Below, in pieces: positions 47,081-58,810 of a stretch of 64,000 bases of DNA. Position numbers and translations under genes: made by a program. The DNA lies in assembly GCA_045159875.1 (NCBI GenBank), contig CP067995.1:2720001-2784000 (forward strand). Direction: 5' to 3'. The notes beneath the pieces are model-generated. The model did no database searches and was not told the DNA's origin. It saw only the letters and a program-made list of their open reading frames with translations. Numbering within the stretch: position 1 is the stretch's first letter; each line of letters opens with the position of its first letter. This stretch comes from a cyanobacterium endosymbiont of Rhopalodia gibba (GTDB lineage Bacteria; Cyanobacteriota; Cyanobacteriia; Cyanobacteriales; Microcystaceae).

Positions 47081-47250
47081 TTTAACTATCTCAAAAACTA
47101 TTGGGCAAAAATAAAATAAAATTTATAAATTTAAGAATTCCAGAATTTTCGAGATATCAATCAGGCGATTAGTTTAATAACTGATGAAGACATAATTGCC
47201 TGATTCACCCACGGCTGTTATTACGAGCCACCCAATTTAAAATCGTTATG
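47081..47250 (+). mobile_element. Second IS630 remnant (3' end; may extend back to ~46300)
   Basis: atgaagacataattgcctg...cac.gctgttatta at 47184 repeats 42502. Translates FNYLKNYWAKIK...DINQAISLITDEDIIA*FTHGCY. Confidence 0.8.
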
Positions 47251-47675
47251 TATAACAAATATATGAAAATATTGTAATCAGTTTGTAAGGTTTACATAGA
47301 GTAAAACGTTTCACTACTTAATTTATAAATAAAATTAAATTCTGATTAAAAGATAGGAAAAAACTGGAACCCAATAGCCCCAAGAATAAAAGTTACCATA
47401 GCAACAATGATGTCATTGAACCTGAGAGGAGACTTCCAAATACCTTCTATATCTACAAGTAGAGTAGTAATAAAGCAGGTAACAGTAACGACTAATATAA
47501 AAATTATTAATAGGCTAAACCGACCAATGCAAAATTGATTATACTTAATTATTTCTAAATAACAAAGATATATTTAAGGATATCTTGAGTAAGAAACTTC
47601 TTATTCGCTTGTTTAAAAGATCCAAGAACATTTACAATTACAATAAGTCTATTTTTTTAGATTTAAGTATTTACC

Positions 47676-48569
47676 ATGGAAATTCCTCTTTTAAATATTG
47701 ATTATGCTTCTTTTAAGATTATTTTAAAAGATTTATCTATTCAACAACAATTACAAAAACAATTATCACGCTTATTAAGCAATTCACAACTCTTTAATGA
47801 GTCCTCATTTAATTTACCTCAGAAAACTTTAACTGTCTCCCGTTTACCCCATCCTACTCCGATTACTTATCGTTGTGCGATAGCCATGCAACTGTCAAGT
47901 CAGCTGTCTCTATCTCCTATTGAGATTGCCCAACAGGTATTTTCTGTGTTGAAAACTCAATCTAATCTTGACGATCAAAAATTTTCCCAATCAACATTGA
48001 GAATGAAACTCATTCACCCAGGGTGGTTAGATTTTGAGGTGAGCGATCATACTCTTGTCCTTTGGTTCCAATTGTTAGGACAAAAGATATTTCCCCAACC
48101 TAATTTACCTAAAAAATTAGGAAAAGCTGACAATTTCTTTCTTATTGAATATACTTATGCGCGGTGTTGTTCTTTGTTACGTCTAGGGGAGACAGAGGGA
48201 TTAATTGCTTTTCAATCAGAGGCTTTGGGCGATTTAACATTGCCTTGGAAAGCTCCCGATCCTATTCCCTGGCTAAAAGATACTTATCAATTACGGCTTA
48301 CCCATCGAGCCGCCTTAGCCCTCATTAATCAAGTGGTTATCACCGTTGATCGGTCAGTTAACAATCCTTCAGTAACCTGGAATAAGCTTGGATCTCAATT
48401 AAGCGAATCTATTTTAGATTTTGAACGTAATTGCCGAATTTTTGGAGATTTGGCTCAAAATAATCTCCAATTATCTCAAGCTCGATTAGGATTAATTGCT
48501 ATAAGTCAGCATATATTAAAATGGCTGTGGTACGGTCACTTCGGAAACTTTCCAAGAGCTCAATTGTAA
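47676..48569 (+). CDS. Stand-alone arginyl-tRNA synthetase N-domain plus DALR anticodon-binding domain protein (no catalytic core)
   Basis: YRCAIAMQL...PIEIAQ...PGWLDF (ArgRS N-domain). IEYTYARCCSLLR and NCRIF...ARLGL (DALR). No HIGH motif. Confidence 0.82.
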   Translation: MEIPLLNIDYASFKIILKDLSIQQQLQKQLSRLLSNSQLFNESSFNLPQKTLTVSRLPHPTPITYRCAIAMQLSSQLSLSPIEIAQQVFSVLKTQSNLDDQKFSQSTLRMKLIHPGWLDFEVSDHTLVLWFQLLGQKIFPQPNLPKKLGKADNFFLIEYTYARCCSLLRLGETEGLIAFQSEALGDLTLPWKAPDPIPWLKDTYQLRLTHRAALALINQVVITVDRSVNNPSVTWNKLGSQLSESILDFERNCRIFGDLAQNNLQLSQARLGLIAISQHILKWLWYGHFGNFPRAQL

Positions 48570-48641
48570 TTGGTAACGCAGAAATCGAAAATTTTTCTTA
48601 AGGATAGTGAGAAATCCCTGTGAGTCATATATACTTTTACC

Positions 48642-48705
48642 AGTGTGAGGAGCGAACCAAAAAGAGAGCCAAGACGAAACACGGAAAGTCGTTGGCTCTC
48701 TTTCT
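48642..48705 (+). ncRNA. yfr2: Yfr2-family small RNA
   Basis: 5' AGTGTGAGGAG, then stem aaagagagccaagac / loop GAAACACGGAAA / gtcgttggctctcttt. TATACT -10 at 48630-48635. Confidence 0.8.
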
Positions 48706-49604
48706 AATTTCTGGGTACATAATAGTGACTAAAAATCTAAGAGGCAATATCACAATTTAATTTTCTAACTTCGAAATGACGAAATTTAGTTGGAACTAGA
48801 TTTATAAAACTTCGGTTTTAGTTATAAAATCTACCGTCTACAATAGCAAATGAACTCCCTTATTCGACAAGATGTCAGACTTATCGAATCAAGATTGAAT
48901 CACCAGTTCTACCCAACTTGCACCGAGGTTCTTATAGCGTAATAGTGAGGAATCACTGGCATCGAGAGTAACTCAAGAAGTAAATCGGTTTGGAAATCTA
49001 CCATCATATTGTCAATCGTTCTGATAACTAGACTGTTTTTCGTTGATTTTATGTAAGCAATGCTATCGTATCCCATTTTTTTATTCTCATTACTCGGAGA
49101 TGATGTTGTGCTGACAATATATCAAGCTAGTCCGGAGGAACTACTAGATAAAAAAGTTACAAACGATCCATAATTGTGTAAATATAAAAAGTCATCAATA
49201 CGATTATTCTCTGCTGGACCAGCATTCATAAAATAAAGATTGTTGTAGAGGACTTAGTCTAAATCATGTTCGTTTTGAGAAGTATAAACCGAAATTTTAA
49301 TCTTCTCTTTGATTGATGTTTTAATCTACAACCCACATATCTACAGAACCAATTCCCCAATTTATTTCTTATATCCACCTACTTACAAGACTGTAAGAGT
49401 GATTGGAAAGAATCATGTCGTTATATATTGCTGTGTTTAACTCAGTTAAATCATCATAGATATATAGTTTTTGATGAACTTAGAGTAGAATCGAAGCCGA
49501 TCAGAAAAAAATTTAGAGTCCCATTGGGAAAAAACTAACTGCTATAGTAAGTCAAGATCATGAATAGGAAAACCCTTATGGAATTAAATTTCAAGAGTGA
49601 ATAC

Positions 49605-49667
49605 AAAATATCTTATTTCTACTAGAAAATCATTTTGCATGATCTTCTAGTAGAAATAAGATATTTT
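49605..49667. repeat. Perfect 23-bp inverted repeat, extendable inward past one mismatch
   Basis: aaaatatcttatttctactagaa ... ttctagtagaaataagatatttt. Confidence 0.88.
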
Positions 49668-50798
49668 ATTCAGAAATTGCTAGTAAATATTTACCAGCTT
49701 ACTTTCTAGAACTAGAGCTTCTAGAAAGATGATAGATGTTAGTAGATTAGCATTAAGTTAATGAGTATTTTGCAATAATTGATAAAATCAACAAAGTATT
49801 TCTGGGTCATCATGACATCCTCAGTTAAATAAAAGAAGAAATCACAGAAAATTTAACTTGTTATTATTTAGTTATATTTTTTAGCGGAGTATGGCAATCA
49901 GATTGAATATCATATCTTATCCCGCAAGTATTAAAAAATATTTAACTAGAAGTTATATATTCAAGAATTAACTTAGATATAGTTTCTTGAAAAATATAAG
50001 GTAATCGTTAAAATCAAAAAGAAGAAATCATTATAATAGGAAATAGCTATCATAACTCTTGCCAAAAAATTAACGTTTCAATCTAATTCATATCTCCATA
50101 CTTGGTATTTAATCGCTAAATCTGAATATTCATAGTGTAATCGTTTGCCAAAATTTTCAAGAATTTATCTCATTATCAGGAATTAGATGTGATGATATTA
50201 GTAGCTAAACATCGATAAATTTCAATCCAGAAAAGAAGTATTAGTTGATTAATAGCTATTGTTTAATTCTATATGTTGATACTACAAAAAAAACAAAACT
50301 TCAATCAATTAAATTTAGTAAAAATATATTTTTTTAATTCCATAAAACTAATTATATTCTTAAATATTGCTAGTCAGATACTCAAGTAATTATGTGTAAT
50401 TAATAAATTGTTATTTAGTCAATAAATGATATTTCTAACTCACTCACCTAGTAACTTATGAGTTTTCATTAAGTGAGGAATAATGAAGCATAGGGAATTA
50501 ATTAATAATTCAGTTTAAAGCTAAAAAGAATTTATTTTTGAGATTACCACGACTCTATTTTAGATCATTTAAACTAAAATTTGAACTCCCGACTTCCTAA
50601 GATATTTAGTCATTGTTGAACAATTTTAAGTTACCATAACATATAGTCATTGCTTTATATATTCTAAAAACTGCATACTTAATGCAACTTGTAAATGTGT
50701 AACTCTCTAATACTATAGCCATTAATTTTAAAAATTATTAATGTTTGCTACAATTTGGCTAAATTTTTGCCATCACATCAGTAGGTAGTATAAATTAT

Positions 50799-52139
50799 AT
50801 GCTTTCTTCTCGACAGGAAATTCATCTTCAACAAGCCCATACTAGCCTTAAACATACTTTATCTTGGTATGGAAGTTTTCGTCGTCATTGGAATTATCCC
50901 CCTGATCCTGAACTCCAAGCTGCTGTCCGTAAAGATTTACAAATCCTCAAAGGAGCTTTAGATAAACTCGAACAAAATGTCATTAGAATTGCGACTTTTG
51001 GTCTAGTCAGTCGCGGTAAGTCTGCTGTTATTAATGCTTTGATTGGACAAAGACTCCTCGATACAGGTCCCTTGCATGGGGTGACTCAGTGGCCAAAATC
51101 TGTTCGTTGGACACCTCCCGGCGGTAAAGTTCATGTAGAATTTATTGATACCCCTGGACTAGATGAGATTGAAGGAAAAACTAGGGCAAATATGGCTAGA
51201 GAAGTAGCATATCAAGCTGACTTAATTCTGTTTGTGGTAGCGGGAGATATTACTCGTACTGAATATGAAGCATTAGAGGAACTGCAACGTAATCAAAAGC
51301 CCTTAATTTTAGTGTTCAATAAAATCGATCTTTATCCCTACCAAGATTCTCAAGAAATTTATCAACAATTACAAGCAATAAAAACAGACAACCAAAACCC
51401 TATTCTTTCCCCCGAAGAAATTGTTAGGGTAGCGGCTGAACCCCAATCTATTCTTGTCAAGGTTAAATATCCTGATGGGAAAGTAACAGAAGAATGGGAA
51501 ACGTCATCTCCTCAAGTGGAGGAGTTACGCCAAAAAATATTAACTGTTCTGAATCAAGAAGGGCGATCATTGTTATCTTTAAATGTATTAATACAAGCAA
51601 AAGAAGCAGAAGAGAATATTGCAAAAAAGACTCTAAAAATACGTCAAAAAGAAGCAGAGACTATTATTTGGAATTTTACTAAATCTAAAGCCCTAGCTGT
51701 TGCAATTAATCCCGTTGGCTTTTTAGATATCATTGGAGGAGCGATAACTGATTTAGCTTTAATTCGAGCTTTAGCTCGATTGTATGGACTTCCTATTACC
51801 AGTTATGAGGCTGGAAAACTTTGGAAAAAAATTCTTGTTAGTTCAGGAGGATTATTGTTAGGAGAACTGACCACGTTATTCATTTTGGGAGTTGGAAAAA
51901 GTACTCTTGCTGCCGTCAGTTTTCTTGAAAGTCCAGCCGCATTAATGACGTATGGAAGTACCGTTACGATGCAGGGAGTAATTGCCGGATATTATGCTTA
52001 CATTGTTGGGAAAGCGGCTCAAGAATATTTAGAGAAAGGCTGTAGTTGGAGTCCGGTAGGTCCAAGTACCATTATCCAGAATATTATTAATGAAGTTGAT
52101 ACTCATACTCTGATTTATCGTTTACGAGAAAAATCATAG
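50799..52139 (+). CDS. Era-like GTP-binding protein with C-terminal DUF697
   Basis: G1 GLVSRGKS, G3 DTPG, G4 NKID; hydrophobic C-terminal region. Confidence 0.9.
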   Translation: MLSSRQEIHLQQAHTSLKHTLSWYGSFRRHWNYPPDPELQAAVRKDLQILKGALDKLEQNVIRIATFGLVSRGKSAVINALIGQRLLDTGPLHGVTQWPKSVRWTPPGGKVHVEFIDTPGLDEIEGKTRANMAREVAYQADLILFVVAGDITRTEYEALEELQRNQKPLILVFNKIDLYPYQDSQEIYQQLQAIKTDNQNPILSPEEIVRVAAEPQSILVKVKYPDGKVTEEWETSSPQVEELRQKILTVLNQEGRSLLSLNVLIQAKEAEENIAKKTLKIRQKEAETIIWNFTKSKALAVAINPVGFLDIIGGAITDLALIRALARLYGLPITSYEAGKLWKKILVSSGGLLLGELTTLFILGVGKSTLAAVSFLESPAALMTYGSTVTMQGVIAGYYAYIVGKAAQEYLEKGCSWSPVGPSTIIQNIINEVDTHTLIYRLREKS

Positions 52140-52782
52140 AGATTCAAAATTAAATATTTCTTCATTATAGTAAAAACTATAATATAAAAATTTATCTTTT
52201 AAAAAATATTCATTATGAACATGGTAAGTTAATTTATTTACCAATAACTCTTTTTTGAAATCGCACAGATCGTTTTATAAAAAAAACAAAATTTTCACTA
52301 CCGATCAAATAGTTAAGACCAACTTTATAGTCAATAGCAACTTTCCTTAATTCAAATATCGTCACGTCTTCAAATTTCTAAAGTTAGTTCTTTTGAATTA
52401 ATTACAGCCAATAAATTTAACCATACATATTGTTTAAATCATTTTGCTAAAGTATTTTAAGTTCAGAGTATCAGTTCAGTTGAATCTTCAAGTAAAAGAT
52501 ATTGTTTTTATTCTTTACATTTAGATTGTAGTAATTTTTCTTTATTATTGAACTTCATATTTTTGGTAATTGAAAGACTAGATTAATTATTGATGATCTA
52601 AAATAATTATCAAAAATTTTACTGCAATTCAAAAAATTATTAACTCAAAGATATTGGTCATATAAACGGTTAGAATAAGTAAAATTTTCTTTCTTTCTAT
52701 TATTACTGATAAAACTTTTATAAAAAAATCGTAAGATTACAATAGTAATTAGGAACGGTAAGCTATCAATATATAACTTATC

Positions 52783-53349
52783 TTATTGCTCTGGAATAGA
52801 AAATAAAACACGAGGAAAATCTTCAGCTTCGAGACATTTATTTAATGCTTTAATGGGAGTTATGTCAGGTAAATTTCGATTAACTGCAATGACACATTCT
52901 GAATAATACCCTGGACGTAAACTTGATCGACAGGAAGTCAAAAGGGTTAACAAAGAAGGTTCTTTTAAAGTAGTTAGCCGGTTTTCAGTAGATGTTGAAG
53001 AAAGATTAGGAATTGCATTATAAATATCAGCCACACAGTGACCTAAATCAATAGGTCGTCTCACTTGATAACAAGCACTAAGGGCATCATCCCCTTCAAT
53101 AGGAGTAGCTCTATAAATCATAGTTACACATTGGGATAATTCTTTAGGAATCAGTGCATCGGAACAGGCTAATGCAGCTTTATCTGGTTCAACCCCATAT
53201 TGGGCAATTTCAGTTATACAAACATCGAATTGATTCCAATCTGCATTTTCAGCAATGACGGGTAGAGACGAAATCTTGGGAATCAATAAACTCATGGGAA
53301 TCAGAGCCATAGTAGTCAAAAGCTGTAGGCGTGCAGGTAATATGATCAT
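52783..53349 (-). CDS. Exported Cys-rich repeat protein of unknown function
   Basis: Hydrophobic N-terminus; three C-x5-P-x5-C-V repeats. Confidence 0.78.
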   Translation of the reverse strand: MIILPARLQLLTTMALIPMSLLIPKISSLPVIAENADWNQFDVCITEIAQYGVEPDKAALACSDALIPKELSQCVTMIYRATPIEGDDALSACYQVRRPIDLGHCVADIYNAIPNLSSTSTENRLTTLKEPSLLTLLTSCRSSLRPGYYSECVIAVNRNLPDITPIKALNKCLEAEDFPRVLFSIPEQ

Positions 53350-53701
53350 TGAAGTTCAAACTATAATTACCGATAAAATTCATAAATCACCTCGGATCTT
53401 AGACATAGATACTGAAAAAAATCAAGTTAATTTATAATAGGTAATTAATTTTACCTTCTTACTTGGTATACACTTTCAACTCACTCTTATGAACAAACTA
53501 TGGAATTACAGAATAACACACAGAGTATATTGAATTATACAGCTCGTTTATTAACTAGAACAAAACAAGAAAAAACTATTAGGGTTACTAAACGGTTTAA
53601 AGTTATTGGGGGACGTTTTGGCGTAATTCTCCCCAGTCCTTTGATGAGAGCTTTTTAAACTGTAAAAATTTTTCAATAAGTCGAACTAAATGATAGTCAT
53701 A

Positions 53702-53752
53702 GAAGTTATTCAACTGCTCTCTTTGAGTCCTGGTTAGTAGTTGAATAACTTC
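53702..53752. repeat. 14-bp inverted repeat with spacer
   Basis: gaagttattcaact ... agttgaataacttc. Confidence 0.7.
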
Positions 53753-55276
53753 CTAGCATAGATAAGAAAGCCATCTTGCTTTAGTTGTTTATAAACCAAA
53801 TTAAGGTAGTTTAACTCAAAGTTCAGTTTAAAAATTATCAAGATAAACTACTTTTTAAGAAGTAAAAATTAGTTGCTTTAAGTTTTCCTTGAAAACAACT
53901 TCAATTGGTGGGAGTGAATTGTTTTTATTAACTATTACCAAATATTCAGTTTAACTGGAGTAATTCCATTAAATATGTAAATATAAAGTATTGAGCTTAT
54001 GTTTTATTTTGTTGTATTTTTCATTTTTATGTAGAAAATTAAAGAAGAGTAGATTTTCGTTAGCAATTATAATATTCCACCGATGATCTATAGTGTAAAA
54101 TTGGCAATTAGTTAAATTTAATGATATGGTAGATGTCTTAGCAGTAGAAAGTTTATTTAAGGTTAAAGTCCAGACGATAGATTTGACTCAGGCGCAATCT
54201 AAGGTTTTAAAAAAGTAATTAAAGACAAAAAATATACAATTTTTAGTATTTCTGTTAAAGTTTAATTTTTGCATTTTCTCCTAAAATACTTGTGTTCATA
54301 TTAAAATCATCAATGGTATCTTTAGTTACACAGTTGGCGTGAAAGATAATATTTATTTCTTGTTACTCCTTTATCAAAAATTTTTAAAAAAATAAGGCTA
54401 ACAGCCACTAAACAATATAAATAAAGAATTATTTATAATTAATAATTTCCTTAAAAACCTTCAATGAATTAAAAATAAAAAAAAATTAAGGCTATGATTA
54501 TTCTTAAGACTATTTTTTGCGGAACTAACATTATAAGAATACACAAGGTGGGTTATCTAAAATTAGGTGTTATAAGTTATCAGGTAAAATAATAGATTAA
54601 TAACCCTATCATTCTAAATATATCAAAATCAGTTAAGTTATGAACTTATTCTAAATAGATTTAATTTGATGATTTTTATTTTTTAATTAAGTAGTTTTAA
54701 AGAAATAAAAAATAGATAAAAAATGCTACTAGCTAAAAATTTTATTATAAAACTTAATAGAATAAATAGTTTAGAAATTAAATACTAAGTAAAATCATCA
54801 AAATATATAAAAAAATAAAAATTTTTAGATAATTTTTTAAAAAAAGAGAAGTATTATTAGAATTTTTTAAAAAAATAGAAAATTTTAAAATACAGAGTTA
54901 GATATTGCGTACTATTCAAAAATATTTCAAGTATTTTTTGTACTACAAAGCTTGTACAACTTAATCGATTTACTTATGCTTGGAGCGTTGGACTAAATTA
55001 AACTTTTTGAGAAAAATTTATAACCCAAAGTCTTAAAAGTTTTTTCAATAAGGTCTTAAGACTATCTAACATAAATTTTTATAGGAGCCACTACACTTAA
55101 ATCACTGTAAAATTAGTTAGTCAAGACTTTAGATAAACTTCCTGATTATGGAATCTGATTTAGTTTAAATTTTTCAAGGAGTTCAGTCCCTTTAGGAGAG
55201 ATCGTGAATTTATTTTAAATATAGATCCATTAGTCTTAAACTTAAGAATATTTCTTCTATTTCCCATTGGCAAATA

Positions 55277-56581
55277 ATGCATAGATTTGTAAAACTTAGA
55301 CCACTTGTTCTCTGGTGTATCTTGGGATTCTTTGTCAGCTGGCTCATCAGTTGCAACCCTGGAGTTCCGACAGCATCTAATCAAGAATTAGAATTTTGGA
55401 CAATGCAGCTTCAACCTAAATTTACTCCTTATTTCACGGAGATTATCAATTCCTTTGAGAAGAAGAATCCAGAGATAAGTGTCCGTTGGATAGATATACC
55501 TTGGGAAGCTATGGAAAGCAAAATTTTAACAACAGTATCTGCCAAAACTGCTCCCGATGTGGTTAACCTCAATCCTAATTTTGCTTCTCAACTAGCTAGT
55601 CGTAATGCTTGGTTAAACTTAAAATCCCACATTTCTCCGGAGGTTCAACAGCAATATTTACCGAAAATTTGGCAAGCAAGCACGCTCGGCGATGTTAATT
55701 TTGGCATTCCGTGGTACTTAACTACCCGTATTACCCTTTATAATAAAAAATTACTTTCTCAAGCTAATCTTACAACTCCTCCAAAAACTTTTGCCGAGTT
55801 AGCTGAATTTGCAAAAAGATTCCACAACAAAACGGGCAAATATGCCATGTTTGTTACTTTTGTCCCTGGAGACTCTGGGGAAGTTTTGGAATCTTTAGTA
55901 CAGATGGGAGTTCAACTAGTGGACAAGCAGAGAAAAGCTACTTTTAATACTCCTGAAGGTGTTGCTGCGTTTAGTTATTGGGTTGATCTGTATCAAAATA
56001 ATTTGCTACCTCCTGAAGTTTTAACCCAAGGACATCGCCATGCGATTGATTTATATCAGTTAGGACAGACAGCTTTACTTTTCTCTGGAGCCGAATCTCT
56101 AACTAGTATCGAAAACAATGCTCCTACTATTGCTAAAGTTTCGGCGGCTGCTTCCCAAATTACGGGAAAAACAGGTAAAAAAAGCGTGGCAGTGATGAAT
56201 TTAATTATTCCCCGTGATACTGATAAACCAGACGATGGAGTAAAATTTGCTCTTTTTGTTACGAATACAGAAAATCAACTGCGGTTTGCCAAACAAGCGA
56301 ATGTTTTTCCTTCGACGGTAGAAGGTGTCAAATTGTACATAGAAGACTTGAAACAAGAGTCTAAGTCTGCAAGTCTCATCACTCAAACCCGTCAAGTTAG
56401 TGCAATACAGCTTAAAGATGCTGAAGTGTTGATTCCGCCGATTGAAAATATTAATAAGCTGCAACAGATTATTTACGAAAATTTACAAGCTGCCATGCTT
56501 AAAGAAAAAACTGTTGAACAAGCGGTTCAAGATGCGGCAGATACTTGGAATAATATTGCTTCAACAATGAACAATAGATAA
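55277..56581 (+). CDS. Sugar ABC transporter substrate-binding lipoprotein (CUT1 family)
   Basis: Lipobox LISC; EFWTMQLQP, APDVVNLNP, GIPWYL; C-terminal KTVEQAVQDA. Confidence 0.9.
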   Translation: MHRFVKLRPLVLWCILGFFVSWLISCNPGVPTASNQELEFWTMQLQPKFTPYFTEIINSFEKKNPEISVRWIDIPWEAMESKILTTVSAKTAPDVVNLNPNFASQLASRNAWLNLKSHISPEVQQQYLPKIWQASTLGDVNFGIPWYLTTRITLYNKKLLSQANLTTPPKTFAELAEFAKRFHNKTGKYAMFVTFVPGDSGEVLESLVQMGVQLVDKQRKATFNTPEGVAAFSYWVDLYQNNLLPPEVLTQGHRHAIDLYQLGQTALLFSGAESLTSIENNAPTIAKVSAAASQITGKTGKKSVAVMNLIIPRDTDKPDDGVKFALFVTNTENQLRFAKQANVFPSTVEGVKLYIEDLKQESKSASLITQTRQVSAIQLKDAEVLIPPIENINKLQQIIYENLQAAMLKEKTVEQAVQDAADTWNNIASTMNNR

Positions 56582-56719
56582 TCACCTCTCTTTAAAAGAG
56601 AAGCAGATCCACCATAACTTTCCTCCGGAAGGGATTTATAGATAGTTATTTTCTTTTTTTCTCTTTTTAAGGACAAGTTTTAGAAATAAATAAATTAATT
56701 GATTATCAATTATTCTTCG

Positions 56720-57570
56720 ATGAAGATCATATTTAAATCTGTAGATATTTTCTTAAAACGTTACCAATTACAAATACAGTTGGGACAAACTGCTGTTGGA
56801 TATTAAACTTAGTTAGCTCATGATTTAGAATAGCTAATTAAAGATGTTTCGACAAGTTAGCCTAATTTATTAGGGTTGAAATAGTCGAATTTTGTCAGGG
56901 TTTTGTTTCGTCCCAAATTTTATAAAAAAGTAACATTAAAACTGTTGGCTTTTAGTCCCCACATGTAGTGGGATAAATTTAAACTTTTTGAAAGATAATT
57001 CCAAGTTTTGCAAGCCCTGGATCACACTCGCATTCCTCGCTATCGAAACTATTTTTCAAAAGGTTTCTCCAGAAGATAGTCATGATATTTCATAGTTTAC
57101 CCTGATACGAGAAATACTATATTCCAGGGGAATTTTTAGAACAAAGAATTCGATTTATTGTGACCGAAGTTTTCAAGATAATCATCTATTTTTGTGAACT
57201 AGATCCCCCGTTTTATCTCTTAATGTAAACCCTAATAACTTAATTTTAGGATAAGATAAACAAATTTAATTAATTTGGGAGTAGTTTGGCAACAAAATAA
57301 TGTAACTAAATTTACTTTAACTATTGTGGTAACTAGTGATTCTACTTCCTTAAAACAATTTTTTAAAAAAGCAGTTACTGTATCCTATTTATATACTTTA
57401 GAAGCTACTTTAATTTATAAATTAACAGGAATTATTCCAGATAATTTACCTAAAAAAGAGAATATTGAAAAATTAGATAATTAAGTTAATATTAAACTAT
57501 ACCTAAAAAAATGGTTAACTACATCGACAGAAATTGTAGTAGAAAATCGCTATTAAAATATAAAATAAAC
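56720..57570 (+). pseudogene. Eukaryotic-type Ser/Thr protein kinase remnant
   Basis: RYQLQIQLGQTAVG, KLLAFSPHM*WDKFKLFER*FQVLQALDHTRIPRYRNYF, VNPNNLILG (decayed IKPSNLIL), KAVTVSYLYTLEATLIYKLTG. Confidence 0.87.
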
Positions 57571-57704
57571 TTTAGAAGAAATTAATTTAGGCAGAGAAAA
57601 TATAGCCCATTTTCCTCTAGCCACTTCTGTACTAAGTATTGTTAAAAGATATAATATTGAATTGATCAAATAAAAAACAGCACTAAATATATGCTTCAGT
57701 TACT

Positions 57705-57762
57705 TTATTTTTTATTTTTTTTAAAAAAAATAAAAAATAACTATCTATTTAAATAGATAGTT
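57705..57762. repeat. Two abutting perfect palindromes (36 bp and 24 bp)
   Basis: ttattttttatttttttt|aaaaaaaataaaaaataa, then aactatctattt|aaatagatagtt. Confidence 0.75.
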
Positions 57763-58810
57763 TTAGAGTACTACAAAACGCTTAAAATATTGATTTTTAG
57801 TTCTAGCTTTCCTAGCAATCGCAGGCATATTGTTACACAATAGATCTATTATTATTTATTGGCTTATTATCAATGATTAGAAGAGTATGCTTGTATTAAT
57901 TGTTGGCTCAATATTGTTTTACTTGATGATTTTGTTTAAAAATTACCTAGAAAATTTTGAAATCACTTTCAAAATACAAAAGAAATTTATAAAATTAAAC
58001 TACTATCAAAAGAAAATTTTTTTAAAAAATATTGTATGAATTTTGATTTATCCAAAAAATGCAGTTTATTGAATGGTTAATTAGGTTAATAAAAGAAGAG
58101 TAAAACATTCTAACTTTTAGTTCAACTGCTGTACTTACTTTTATTTTACTTTACACCTGTCTTTATTATAGAACACAAATAAATCTTATATATTATTTCT
58201 TACTAAATATTTAAAATTTTTAAAGTTAATGACTTTTTTGAACTAACTTAGAATAATAATTACATATTGTTTTGTTGTGCTTAGTCGTGATTTTTTTAAT
58301 AAAAAATATTAACCTAGTCTCTAAGATTTAATAATTTTTTTCTTCAGATTGCTACTCTAACAGCAAAGAAGTACATCAACTTACTTAAAGATTTCATTAG
58401 AATATCTTTACAAAATTTAAGTTTATAGATTGGTAGTTTCGTAAGGTATTAAGATTTTTACCTGCGGGTTTACTGGCTTCTACTTTGGTGAGTATAGATC
58501 AAGTATTAATTCTTGTAGACTTTTCTGAGCGGCTACTCATTTTTTAGAATTTATAATGTCACATGGATAACTATATTTTGTTGTATATCAGATTTCAGTG
58601 TAGCTAACGCGAACAGTAGGTATTAAAATTAAAGTTCTAAATGAAGATAATAAAAATGTTGATGATAAGAGGATGTTTATCAACTACTCAACTTAACTCA
58701 ATCAATTTTTCCATACTATGTAATTATGGAAAACATTTGTGTTAACTAAATTTTAATTTTTTTAAATTAATTCTAAAACATCTAAATTAAAAATTATTGA
58801 GCAAGAGGGG

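Noticed and set aside
48775..50260. Moderate-GC remnants downstream of Yfr2
   Set aside because: All frames interrupted and no motif recognised.
56950..56975. cccac-atgta-gtggg hairpin as an IS end
   Set aside because: It lies in frame within the kinase pseudogene (FSPHM*WD); coincidental.
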